From NCBI RefSeq assembly GCF_006345805.1, contig NC_042998.1, positions 46,624,001 to 46,688,000 of the forward strand: a DNA stretch of 64,000 bases, written 5' to 3'. Under the pieces are notes generated by a model. That model saw only the letters and a program-made list of their open reading frames with translations. It did no database searches and had not been told where the DNA came from. Below are positions 1-12,299 of this stretch, piece by piece. The translations under genes were made by a program, and so were the position numbers. This stretch comes from Octopus sinensis. Its lineage: Eukaryota. Within the stretch, counting starts at the first letter, position 1. Every line of letters begins with the position of its first letter.

Positions 1-238
1 TTCGATTCCCAGACCGGGTGTTGTGAGTGTTTATTGAGCGAAAACACCTAAAAGATCCACGTGGCTCCGGCAGGGGGTGGTGATCCCTCTTGTACTCTTT
101 CTCTCACTCTTTCTTCTGTTGGCCTGCTCGCTTAGCCAGCGGGGTGGCGTCATTCGAAGGCTAAAACAATGCAAACGCACTGTGACTAGCGATGTGTAGC
201 AACATCTGATGGTCTGGTCGGTCACGTGATCACGTGAT
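1..238 (+). mobile_element. tRNA-derived SINE, 5' end cut by the window edge
   Basis: Starts with B-box-like TTCGATTCCC. Body ends ...ggtctggtcggtcacgtgatcacgtgata and runs into (TA)n. Confidence 0.7.
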
Positions 239-317
239 ATATATATATATATATATCTGTACATGTAATATGTGACAATTACTCGTTTTTTTTTCTGTGA
301 CAATTACTCGTTTTTTT

Positions 318-720
318 TACAGTGAGCTAACAGAATAGTTAAGCATGTCGAGAAAAATGCTTAGCGTCATTTCGTCTGTGCTTAGGTTCTGAGTTCAAAT
401 ACCACCGAGGTCGTCTTTGTGTTTCATCCTTCCAGGGTCGATAAAATAAGTACCAGCTGCCTCTCTCCTGAAATTGCTGACCTTGTGCCAAAATTTGAAA
501 TCATTATAACTGTGAGTAGTCGAGGAGTCTCAGAAACGGTAGCAGACCGGATATTGCTTATAATATTAGGTTTTCTCTATTTAAAATTCTGTTTTCAGAA
601 CCTGTCAGGGTTAGCATTTACTTTCAACCCTCCAGGGGCTAATAAAATGACTACCAGACATTTATTGGGGTACGAGATTCAGTCGACTCTAATCCTGGCC
701 TATAAATTTGCCACTTTGCT
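318..720 (+). mobile_element. Two copies (one partial) of SINE family A (tRNA head plus 'gcctttcatcctttcggggtcgataaaataagtaccag' core)
   Basis: Match to the many other in-window copies (head gagctggcagaatcgttagc, tail ggccttgtgccaaaatttgaaa). Confidence 0.8.
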
Positions 721-799
721 CCATATCTCAGGCGAACGCTGATTTCCGGTTTCTAATCTGATTTTATCACTCAGAATAGACGTAAACAGAAATATATGA

Positions 800-820
800 T
801 GTAGCTAATTTACTCAATGA

Positions 821-898
<78 letters not shown>

Positions 899-941
899 CA
901 TATATATATACATGTATATATATACATATATATATATATAC

Positions 942-1031
<90 letters not shown>

Positions 1032-1068
1032 ATATGTATGCGTTTATATATATGTGTGTATGTGTACC

Positions 1069-1099
<31 letters not shown>

Positions 1100-1260
1100 T
1101 AAACGCACGCACACACACATTTATCTATATATATTATTTATATATATACACAAACATACATACATATACATATGCGCGCGCGAACTCACACACATATGTA
1201 TGTATAAAAAATTAATTTTAGGGGTCCTAGTGAAAGAAATTAATAAATATATAAAGCTAC
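800..1260. repeat. (TA)n/(TACA)n microsatellite array
   Basis: Direct reading. It explains the YIYIYI ORFs. Confidence 0.98.
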
Positions 1261-1913
1261 TTTTAATTTTAATTGCTGTGGCACTTTTAGCATCGCTTCG
1301 TTTCAATTTTGACACTTTCATAGTTCTTTATATCATGTGAGAACCAGGAACGTGTTACTTTTAAGTATTTGCACGGGTTCATTGCTAACTCCACTACTAT
1401 ATGTCGCTTTTTTATCTTATTTTGTTTTGTATTTTTTTCTTATTTACATAAATAAATTTGCTTATTTTTATCATAGTGGTGTGATGCGGTGGCTTCCTGT
1501 TGGCTAGCTATTTAAGCCTGCAAATATATAACCTCTGTGATCCTTGTGTCATTGGTGGAGACATAATTTTTGATTGTCTGAATTATCAAGGTACATGAGC
1601 GTGATCAAATGAACTGATAGAGGCCTTAACGGGGTGCGATGACGGCGGCGTAGATGTAGAACCCACCCAAATTTCTTTTCGTTCCCAACCAAAAGTTCTG
1701 CGTGCATGGAGACATACGCAATCACACCTACACACACACACACACGGAGAGAGAGAGGGGTAGTTAGGGAGTTAGGGAGTGAGACATATAGCAATGTATA
1801 CACCAAGACACTCTCATACATGTATATATGTATATGTGTCTACGTTTGCAGACATGTAAGGACACACATACACACAGACACACACACAAATGCACGCACA
1901 CACACACACACGC

Positions 1914-1945
<32 letters not shown>

Positions 1946-2483
1946 GCTCACGTACAAGTACATATATATATATATAGATATCACGAAAGGAGATAAAGGT
2001 TGGCAAACTCCATTCCCAGCGATAACGGCGACACACTGCCGACGGCAACAAGTTTAGATCTATGTCAGAATTTCGATGTTTAGGAAACGAGGCAACAACG
2101 TCGTCAACAACAACAACAATGATAATGGCACACAACAACAGCCGCAGCAACAGCAGCAACGGCAGCAGCAACAACAACAACAACAGCAGTAGTGACGACA
2201 ATAACGAGACGACGCGTCGATAATAAAACAACAATTACATAAACACAAGCAACGTGATAATTTCAATATAATCGCTTGATCTCCAAAAAAATAACAGCTA
2301 AATCTCTCCCGGATCAAACCATATTATCTTGAACAAATCTTAGGAATATTAAATAATGTAGTTCTAGATATCGCTAAAATAGCCAGGATAATCACGGATG
2401 GATTGTCCTTGTTTACAGGCCCAATTGATTAATATGAAACTAGGTCTAAGCCACAAGGAAAATAATAATAGTTGTTATTAGTA

Positions 2484-3470
2484 TTACGCAAAAGGAAGGC
2501 AGCGAGCTGGCGGAATCGTTAGCAAACCAGGCAGAATGCTTAGCGGCATTTCGTCCAACTTTACACTCAAATGCCGACGAGGTCAATTTTTCCTTTCAGC
2601 CATTCGTGGTCAATAAAATAAGCATCAGTTGAGTACTACGGTCGATGTAATCGACTTAACCCCTCCCCCAAAATTGCTGGCCTTGAGTCAAAATTTAAAA
2701 TCATTTGTATTAGAGACAAGGAAGGAAGGTGGTAAGTTGGCAGAATCGTTAGCGCACGCCAGGCAAAATGCTTAGCAGCATTTCGTCTCTACACTTCGAG
2801 TTCAAATTCCATCGAGTTTGACTTTCCCTTTTATCCTTTCGGGTTCGATAAAATGAGTTAGACATTGGGGTCTAAACCAGTTTGACATTGGAGTCGATGT
2901 CGTCGACTTATCCTCTTCCCCAAAAACTGCTGGCCTTTGTACCAAAACTTGAAAGCAATATTAAGCAGAAGGTCGCTGAGGTCTACTTTGCCTTTCATTC
3001 TTTCGGGCTCGATGAAATAAATACCAGTTGAGCCCTGGTGTCAATGTTATCGGCTTACCCACTCCCACGAAATTTCTGGCCTTGTGCCAACATTTGAAAC
3101 CAATATTACGCAGAAAGTTCCGGCTATTTACTTTCTGTGACTGGCTTTGCCTTTCATCCTTTGGGGATCTATAAACTAAGTATCAGATGAAACTGCGGTC
3201 GAAACAACTGACTAACTCCCTCCCTCAGCTCAAATTTCAAGCTTTATGCCTATTGTAGAAAGAATAGTATATAGAAGGCAGCGAGTTGGCAGAGTCGTTA
3301 GCACGTCGGACAACATGCTTTCCGCCTTTTTATGTTCTGCGTTCAAATCCGATAACGTCAACTTTGCCTTCTTTCTATTTTTTCTGGATGTTGATAGAAT
3401 ATAGCATTGATATAATATAGTACCAGTCAAGTACTGGGGTTGATGCAATAAACTATTCTCTCCCCTCCCT
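2484..3470 (+). mobile_element. Head-to-tail cluster of about five SINE family A copies
   Basis: Heads at ~2484, ~2722 and ~3273; head-less bodies at ~2965 and ~3140. Each ends in a ccttgtgccaaaatttgaaa-like tail. Confidence 0.85.
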
Positions 3471-4329
3471 ACTTCAGCTCCCTCCCCCAGAAGGTGTAGC
3501 CTTTTGCACAGGTTAAAGAATGTGTAAACATGCAGATAAGCATTCTACCTTTGTTAATTGTGGTAAATAGTTTCATTTACTAGTTTTATTCAATAAATTT
3601 ATAACATATATAGAGGTTTTTAACTTTTTAAATATTTTAAACTTACGTTTGATATAATAATGGCAATATATGATAGTATAGATAGGGGTAAATTTCACAA
3701 TAAGTTATTAATTTCCGTAAAGTTTATATTGATAGACGGTTTAATTTGAAGTGTTTATAGAATAGTCAATGAGAGTTTCTTTATGTTTAGCACTTTCTAT
3801 ATATATATCGCTATTGTATGTTTAGGTGCTTAATTTTATGAAATTTTTAGAAATTAAAAAAAAAATTTAATATTATAATTTAATAATTTTAAAAATGTTT
3901 TTAAGTATTGTAAAAATATATTAGGAAGTTATATATATATATTTTTATTTTTATTCTTATTTTTAAAAGAAGATATCTTAAAATTTCTAGGATTAAGTTG
4001 AATCCGTTAATAATAATAATAAAAAGAAAAATAGCCTGAGGACACACTGGTGGATTTATGTATTAGGTATAGCCTGGTAAAATAAACCACCAGCGTTGAT
4101 TAATATTATCTTCTTTCCCCACAGACTAACAGGTAAGGTATACATATCTTTTTTAAAATATATTTAAATAATTTTTAATTAATTCTATCTTACTTTATTT
4201 TATTGTACGTTATAGTAGGCTATAAAATGCTTATATTATTAGATTAGTATTTTGGATATAACGTTCTACGTGTACTCCAGAAAATAAGGTTGACCTGAAA
4301 TTGAAGTTGTGGCCTTCTTGGTAAAATTT

Positions 4330-4390
<61 letters not shown>

Positions 4391-4696
4391 ACACACACAT
4401 GTATATATACATATATACATATATACACATACATATTTCTCTTCATTTTCAATGATCTATCTGTCGTTCTTTCACTCACCCACTTCTTTCTTTCTGACAT
4501 TTTCTCGTTTTCTCTCTTTCATTCTTTGTCTATCCTTACTTTAGCAATATTTCTTTTTCTCATTCAATTTACTCACTCATTTTTCGTTCATCTTACACTC
4601 TATCTCGCCCAGTTTCTGTTTTCTTTCCTTCTCAGATTATTTTTCTTCTCTCTCCTACCTCCACACATCTTCAAGCACTGACTGTAAAGACAACAA

Positions 4697-5125
4697 ACTA
4701 GCATCTTAGAGGTCCTAGTTGATCTGAGCAGACGTGGGAGGATTTAAGACTATATAGTTTGCTGGCTAGATAGCATCATCACCATTTCTCTCCCTTGTAT
4801 GTTAATCATATCCGAAAATCTAAATAAATATATACACATATCAATAAATAAATGTAATAACAAATCCTAATGTAATTAAATAAATAATTGAACAACAAAC
4901 AACAGCATCTTAGATGTCCTTCTTGATCACAGATGACGTGAGAGCATTGAAAGTATATAGCATACTCGTAGATAACATCCATCACCTCTTCTCTCCCGTG
5001 TGTGTTAATCATACCCTAAATCTGAATAAATAATAAATACACAAATGAATAAATAATTGTAAATAAATAATTGTAAACCCAATGTAATTGAATAAATAAT
5101 TGATCAAATAAAGAAACCAACAACA
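4697..5125 (+). repeat. Degenerate tandem duplication, units of ~205-220 bp
   Basis: Two diverged units: agcatcttaga(g/t)gtcct...ttgatc...catcacc..ttctctccc.tgt.tgttaatcata...aataaataattg. Confidence 0.75.
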
Positions 5126-5313
5126 GCAATGCCATCGAATCAACGAGGGGACTTTCTAGGCAGCCATTCGAAGTGCTAAATATAGCAACTAAATTTCCTT
5201 CAGATCACACTCTGCCATCTGAGAAAACGGTTGAAAAATCCACGCTTGATAATATACTAGTTTCAGGGAAAAGAACAAAGTGGCCAAGAATGGAACGCCT
5301 ATAATCATAAACT

Positions 5314-5352
<39 letters not shown>

Positions 5353-5353
5353 C

Positions 5354-5464
<111 letters not shown>

Positions 5465-5509
5465 TATAATGATGATGATGATAATAATAATAATAATAAT
5501 AGTAATAAC

Positions 5510-5900
5510 GTGGCTATTTAGTAAGACGATTACTTCCCAGCCACATGGTTCCGGTTTCAGTCCCACTGCGTGGTATGTTGGGTAAGTGCCTTCTACTATA
5601 GTCTCGAGTCGACTAAAGTCTTGTGAGTGGATTTGGTAGTCAGAAATTGAAAGAAGCCCGATGTGTGTGTGTATATATATATATATATGTATGTGTGTGT
5701 CTTTGCGTCTGTGTTTGTCCCCCACTATTGCTTGACAAGCGGTGTTGGTCTGTTTACGTTCGGTTCAGCTAAAAGAGACAGATGAAATAAATACGAGGCT
5801 TAAAAAATTGCTCTAGGGCCGATTCATTCGACCAAAAGTTCTTCAAGGCGGTTCTCCAGTATGGCTGCAGTCTAACGACTGAATCAAGTAAAAGAAACTA
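5510..5900 (+). mobile_element. Composite tRNA/CORE-like SINE with internal (TA)n(TG)n (octopus OR-type)
   Basis: ggttccggtttcagtcccactgcgtgg..ttgggtaagtg head/CORE-like part, internal microsatellite, then 3' half ending gaatcaagtaaaaga. Confidence 0.85.
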
Positions 5901-6040
5901 CAAAATGAATGGTGACATCAACAAAATAAGAGCAAGATTCAGAACAATAAAAGTGAATTTTCCCGTCACGATACAGCCATCACGAATGCTACCATGAAAA
6001 CTACCGACAGGAGAGGTTCTATGTAATAGCTCATCCTGTG

Positions 6041-6372
6041 AAGGCGCATGGCTCAGTGGCTAGGGCGTCGAGCTTACGATCGCGAGGTTGTGAGTTCGAA
6101 TCCCGGACTGGGCTGCGTGTTGTGTACTTGTGCAAGACACTTTATTTCACGTTGCTCCAGCTTACTCAGTTGTAGAAATGAGTTGCGACATCACAGGTGC
6201 CAAGCTGTATCGGTCTTTGCCTTTCCCTTGGATAACACTGGTGGTGGAGAGGGGAGGCCGGTATACATGGGCGACTGCTGGTCTTCCATAAACAACTTTG
6301 CCCGGACTTGTGCCTGGGAGGGTAACTTCCTAGGTGCAATTCCATGGTCAGTCATGACCGAAGGCAGTCTCT
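6041..6372 (+). mobile_element. tRNA-derived SINE with A box, B box and a distinct 3' tail
   Basis: ggcgcatggctcagtgg (A box) and gagttcgaatccc (B box). Core cactttatttcacgttgctccag is shared with the SINEs at 14856 and 53500. Confidence 0.85.
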
Positions 6373-6502
6373 TTCAGCTCATCCTATTAAAAATAGCTGG
6401 CAAATCTCCGTCAATTTACTTCCTAGAAATGATCTTAAAGTCGTGTGTAGTTTATGTTTAATTATACGGTCTTACGTACGTTTCTTAAATATAAGTTAAT
6501 TA

Positions 6503-7163
6503 GGATCTTTTCGGTTTGAACGGCAGTTTTTTCTAGCGGTGTCATATGAAATTGTCACCCATAATTATGACCCTAGTATCGATCTATTGCATTTCAATCT
6601 GTTTTAGGGTTAGGGTTAGTTAGGGTTTGGGGTGGGAGGAAGGGTATATTTTTTCTTCACAAATGTAAATAAACCCAATCTGTTTCTTAAACGAGGGACA
6701 TATTCATACGGCACAGAATGTTTTTTTTACCTCAATGGACGTCATTGATTGGTTGAAATTGCAGAAATTGAAGAAAAAAAACAACAAATGTCTTACAAAC
6801 TATAGAATTTTCTCCATAAAGCCAAGAGAAAAAGATGTTTTAGAAACACATTCTACCAGTATTCGAAGTTTAAAAGTGTTTAGTTACTGTAATGTGTTAT
6901 TTCGTTCTAATGGGACAGACAACCAATATGAAAGCCGCTGTTATTCTTTTACGTGTTTATTTACTTTTCCTGTTACACGAACTGACCACATTCAGCGCAG
7001 CGACACCTATATAACTTTAGACACAGCGTAGTAATACTTATAAAATAGTGCCAAAAGCGGGGACGCATTCCACACACGCACGTCCACGCATACGCATATA
7101 TATGAATGTGTAACAGTTACCTAGAAATTATGTTAAAAACTGCCGTTCAAACCGAAAAGATCC
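6503..7163. mobile_element. Merlin-like MITE with internal TTAGGG repeats
   Basis: Perfect 29-bp TIRs GGATCTTTTCGGTTTGAACGGCAGTTTTT at both ends and an 8-bp TSD GTTAATTA (6495-6502, 7164-7171). GG-initiated TIRs with an 8-bp TSD fit Merlin better than hAT. Confidence 0.85.
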
Positions 7164-7618
7164 GTTAATTATTGGTTACATATTGCAAAATTACAATTAC
7201 GTAAACCAAACTTACTATCAAATCGTCAGGCGTCTAATCATTAAGCCTAATATTACTGGAAAGAACATGTGATAATAATACCATGAGAGAGAGAGAGCCA
7301 CGAGTTTAAAGCCTTGTATCATAGGCCTGCCTAATCTGGGCTGGTCTAGGTTTGAACAGCCACAACAACGACGGCAACGAGATAGCTTCTACGCAGTCGT
7401 TCAAATAGCAGCCATTCATTCGCCAAGTGATGACACACTAGGCTCAAGGGAGATAAGTGATATTGGATAAATGCAATATGTATGAAAAAAGAATTGGTTG
7501 GTCATGGTTAGAACGTCTTTTGAATGATAACTGACCTGAAATTGAACAATACGAATATCAAGCTGAAGAACAATTTCAGCAACGAGTACTATGCAGCACC
7601 ACTAGCAAGGACAATTAG

Positions 7619-7619
<1 letters not shown>

Positions 7620-7683
<64 letters not shown>

Positions 7684-8010
7684 GAGAGTGAGAGAGAGGG
7701 GGAGAAGGAGAGAGAGGGAGAGATAGAGCGGAGAAGGTAAGAGAGGGGAGAGGGAGAGGGAGAGAGGAGAGAGGTAAAGAAAAGGATGGAGATATATGTA
7801 GAGGGAGAGAGAGGAAAGAGAGGGAGAGAGAGAGGGAGAGAGGAGAAAGAGAGAGAGAGGGAGAAAGAGAGAAAGGGAGAAAGGTAGAGAGAAACAGAGA
7901 GTGAGAGAGAATGAGAGAGAAAGAAGTTGGGAGAGAGACAGGGACATAAAAGGAGAAAGAGATGGAGAGAGAGATAAAAAGAGAGATAGAGATAGAGAGT
8001 GAGAGAGACA
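7620..8010. repeat. (GA)n and degenerate purine-rich tract
   Basis: Direct reading. It explains the SLSL ORFs. Confidence 0.95.
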
Positions 8011-9209
8011 TTTTCTGTTCCCACTAGCAATCAACGTCTCAAATAAAGCTATGAACATTTGCATCAGAGGAAATAATCGGTCACCACCACCACCACTACA
8101 GCCATTACTATTACTACTTCTGCTGTTGCTGCTGCTACTACTACTACTACTACTACTATTGCTGCTGCTGCCGCTGCCACCACCACTACTGACTAACACT
8201 AAGAACAACATCAGAGGCAATAACCAGACAACAATCATTAAATTCCTTTGAAAAAGAAAACCATCCCCCGTCACTACAAACACCAATCTGTCCTTCCGAC
8301 AAAAACTACAGCCGCCGAAATAACAACCATGATCATTATCACTATCGTCATCACATCACCAAGAGAAGAAGAAAATGCTGTAACAACATGAACAAGGACA
8401 AGAAGAACAACAACAACTACTACATAACGAAGAATAAGAACAACAATAATGACAATAAGAACAACAATAATGACAATAAGAACAACATCATCGGTCACAT
8501 AACAAGCGTAATATAACATAGAAATGAAACAGCTCGTAAGAAACACGTAAGCAAAATAATAATAATAAAAAAAAAGAAATGGATTAAATAAATTACAATA
8601 ACAACAAAAAAGAAGTTAGCAAAACATGGAAAAGAATTAATAGTAAAACCACAACAACAGTAATAACAAGAGATAATTAAATTGCAACAACTACAAGAAA
8701 AAAAAAGCCAACGGCTAGAAAATAAACGTGATTAAATTTCTTTTACAGCAGAATTTACAGTAGATGTTATCGCCATGAGAGAGAAAACTCGATGCGGGAG
8801 ATTTAATGACACCAGCTGGGAATCGAACTCAAGCCCACCTGCAGTCACTGGAAAAAGAAAACGAAAACTATAGAAGAAAAGAAAAACAATTCTTTTTTTT
8901 TTTATTATATCGCGTTTCTTAAGTAGTGTTATCAAACTGTTCATGAACAGAAAAACATGGGGACTACAATAAGAATAATAGCAAAAACACAACATAACAT
9001 ACACAAGCACGCGCGTACACACACACACACACACACACAACAACAGTACACACATATATGCAATATAAACTTGTGTATATATTTGTCATAGTGTGTATGG
9101 GGTATATTTGTGTATGGTCTGTGTGTGTTTTCTTTTACTCGTTCAGTCTTTGGAGTCAGGCCATGCTAAGGAAACAGTCGAACGTAACAAGCAAATAGAT
9201 TCACACAGA

Positions 9210-9290
<81 letters not shown>

Positions 9291-9314
9291 GTCTATCTGT
9301 ATTCTATCTATCTC

Positions 9315-9381
<67 letters not shown>

Positions 9382-9393
9382 ATCTATCTATCT

Positions 9394-10037
9394 GATTATG
9401 GGACGCGTCTGAAAGGAGGAGACAAACACTTTCCTCTCTGGTCAATCTCTCATCAACTTCTTCAAGTACCACTTGAAAAGGAAAGTGAGAGTAGAGAGGC
9501 AAGTTTTGTCTAGCGAATGTTTTAAAAAAGATGGGTGAATGTAGCAAGGATGGCACGTATGAATGACGAAGCCACCTTGAGCATAATCTATGAACCCAGA
9601 AATTGAAAACAGAGGGTACCCACTTGCAAACAAATGTGGTAACATATAACAATATTGACCAAGGTTACCGTGGTCTTTTTCGTAGGCTTTTCTTCCCACG
9701 GATAAACCTTACTTGCTTTCCCCTTTACACCATATATCATAACACTGTGATACACGATCCCTATTGATCGTTTTTTTTCCTCTTCCCCTTTTTCCCCCCT
9801 TTTTTTTCTTTTTTCATTTCTTTATCTTGTTCCTTTTCCTTTTCTTTTTTTAATTTTTCTTTTTATTTTATTTATTTTTTTTTGTTATTTTTCCCTTTTA
9901 CGATCCCTCTTGATCGAAAACCTACGCCACCCCCTTTTTTTTGTTTCTTTTGTTTTTTGTTTTTTTCATCCCCCAAAAGAAAAGCTCTACCTTGTAACTT
10001 GTCCCATCGTGTGCAGCCTGTGTGGCCGATAAAGAAA
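9394..10037 (+). mobile_element. 3' end of a Tx1-type non-LTR retrotransposon embedded in (TATC)n
   Basis: With one frameshift it reads ETNTFLSGQSLINFFKYHLKRKVRVERQVLSSECFKK/RWVNVARMARMNDEATLSII, resembling Tx1 ORF2 C-termini (RxRVxxERxx...F..RW). A T-rich 3' UTR ends gtggccgataaagaaa. (TATC)n flanks both sides (9209-9393, 10043-10213). Confidence 0.7.
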
Positions 10038-10041
10038 CTTA

Positions 10042-10113
<72 letters not shown>

Positions 10114-10141
10114 TATCTATCTATCTCTGTCTTCTGTCTAC

Positions 10142-10215
<74 letters not shown>

Positions 10216-10497
10216 CTATTTGTTTGACTGTCTGTCTGTCTGTCTATCAATCTATCTATCTGTATATTTTTAACAAAACTGTCCGACGAACAGCTTTTGT
10301 TAAATTTCTACTGCTTTTAAATAAAACATATTACTCTACTTCTGGTATTTGATTACTCTTTTTTCCTCCTTGTTTCACATTTATGTGCTTACTCCGGTGT
10401 ATCTGTATATGGATGTACATAATATATCGTCATTAGTTCATATATCCGAAAAAGAAGCATACATCAAAACCATAACACAGTAATATATTTATAGAGG

Positions 10498-10690
10498 GTT
10501 GGTTGCCATGACGAGTCAAATAGTCACCATTGGTTTCGCACATATAAAGCGCTTAGATGTATAGGAAATTCACCAGTTGTAGAGAGGTTAGGTAGCTCCG
10601 GCCATTTGAATCTTTCAAATCATTTATACTGCTAAGCGCTTTATAGGTGCGAAATCATTGTTTTTTCTCTGACTGGCCATAACAATCAAC
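10498..10690. mobile_element. Degenerate hairpin/MITE-like element
   Basis: tttcgcacatataaagcgcttag (10534-10556) is the inverse of 10632-10654 at 22/23. Outer arms 10498-10517 and 10671-10690 match at 15/20. Confidence 0.55.
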
Positions 10691-11329
10691 TTGTGACTCA
10701 ACAGTACAATTCTTTTCATGCAATGGACAGCGCGCGCATACCCGCGAACCAACATGCGCGCGCTCCTACTCACGCACACACACACACGTTACATAAATAA
10801 ATTTGGTGCATATTTATTTCGCTTATTTCATTTATTTTTTTTCCATAATATTTTGTTTTTTCATATTATTCTTATAATAATGATTACTACAAGCACAACT
10901 AGCGCTCTCACCATCATCCTTGTCTTCGTCGTCGTTCATCACGATAATCATCATCACCAACAACTTGTCCTCCCCATTCCTCTTCTGTTACTCATACTCA
11001 TCATCATCATCATTGCCTTCTTCTTCTTTTTCGTTTCTCCATTTTCTTCTCTCTTTTCCCCTCCCGCGCAAACGCTCTTTCTCTCCCCTCGCGTTCTATC
11101 TTTCTCTCTCTCTCTCTGACTGTTTGTGTGTGTGTGTGTCTCTCTCTCGCTTTCTTTTTTCTTTCTTTCTTTCTTTTTTTTTCCTCTCTCTCTCCTCTAT
11201 AGTCTATTCGCCTTTATTCTACGTATTTTTTCTATATCCTCAGTATATTATTTGACTTTCTATCTTGCACTTTAGTCATTCGATGAGATTATCCATCATA
11301 TAACGCCCAGCAAACAACAGACATGAGAA

Positions 11330-11492
11330 CCATTATATACCTATGTATATATGTGTGCATGCATGTATGTATGTATGTATGTATGCATGTATATATGTAT
11401 GTATGTATGCATGTATGCAGGTATGTATGTATGAATGCATGTATGCATGTAAGTATGTATGCATATGCATGTTTGTATGTATGTATGTATGC

Positions 11493-11530
<38 letters not shown>

Positions 11531-11861
11531 GCCTACATATATATACACAGATATATATATATACAGAGAGAAAGTGACATAGCGAGAGACATGTGTCAAT
11601 GCACATATCTTTATATATGCGTATATACATACATATATGTATATGTATATATGTATGTATGTATATATATATGTATATATATATAAATTAATTGTTATCG
11701 CCTGCCGTAATATCTTTTAGAGAGACTTAGTAATTTTAATATTTCTATTATATATATATATATATATTATATATAGCTATTTACATAAATATATTTTTAT
11801 ACATATATGGATATGTATGTATGTTTGCATGTATGTATGTGTGTCTGTATGTATGCATATA

Positions 11862-11892
<31 letters not shown>

Positions 11893-11900
11893 ATGTATGT
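11330..11900. repeat. (TATG)n/(TA)n/(TCTG)n compound microsatellites
   Basis: Direct reading. Confidence 0.95.
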
Positions 11901-12160
11901 ATGTGACAAGTCCTCATAGGTTTTCGTTTTGTTGGAAATCTTAAATTTAGGGATGTTGCACTACAAGTGGGAAACAAATCGGGAAATAATTCCCATATAT
12001 ATCAAATTGTGAGTATCAGCCCATCTCATCTGTGTTAAAACATTCTTATGACACACAAGAGTGTGAGGTAGGTGGAAGTGAGTAACGTCATCTTTTGTCA
12101 AATGTGGACAACAAAGCGTCTGTGTGTGTGTGTGTGCGTGTGTGAATGAATCTGTCAAAG

Positions 12161-12224
<64 letters not shown>

Positions 12225-12299
12225 CATGAATATATGTAAGATACACTCTTACATATATATGTACAAATGTATCTCTCTCTCTTTCTGTCTGTCTGATCT

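Noticed and set aside
767-1340. YIYIYI, MYVCMY, HTHT and poly-residue ORFs here and throughout the track
   Set aside because: They are translations of microsatellites that lack stop codons.
3500-4250. Very AT-rich block as a possible mitochondrial insertion (NUMT)
   Set aside because: No recognisable mitochondrial tRNA, rRNA or protein sequence.
6048-6461. 137-aa ORF, and tRNA-like heads as real tRNA genes
   Set aside because: The ORF lies within a SINE. The heads lack complete cloverleaves and run directly into SINE bodies.
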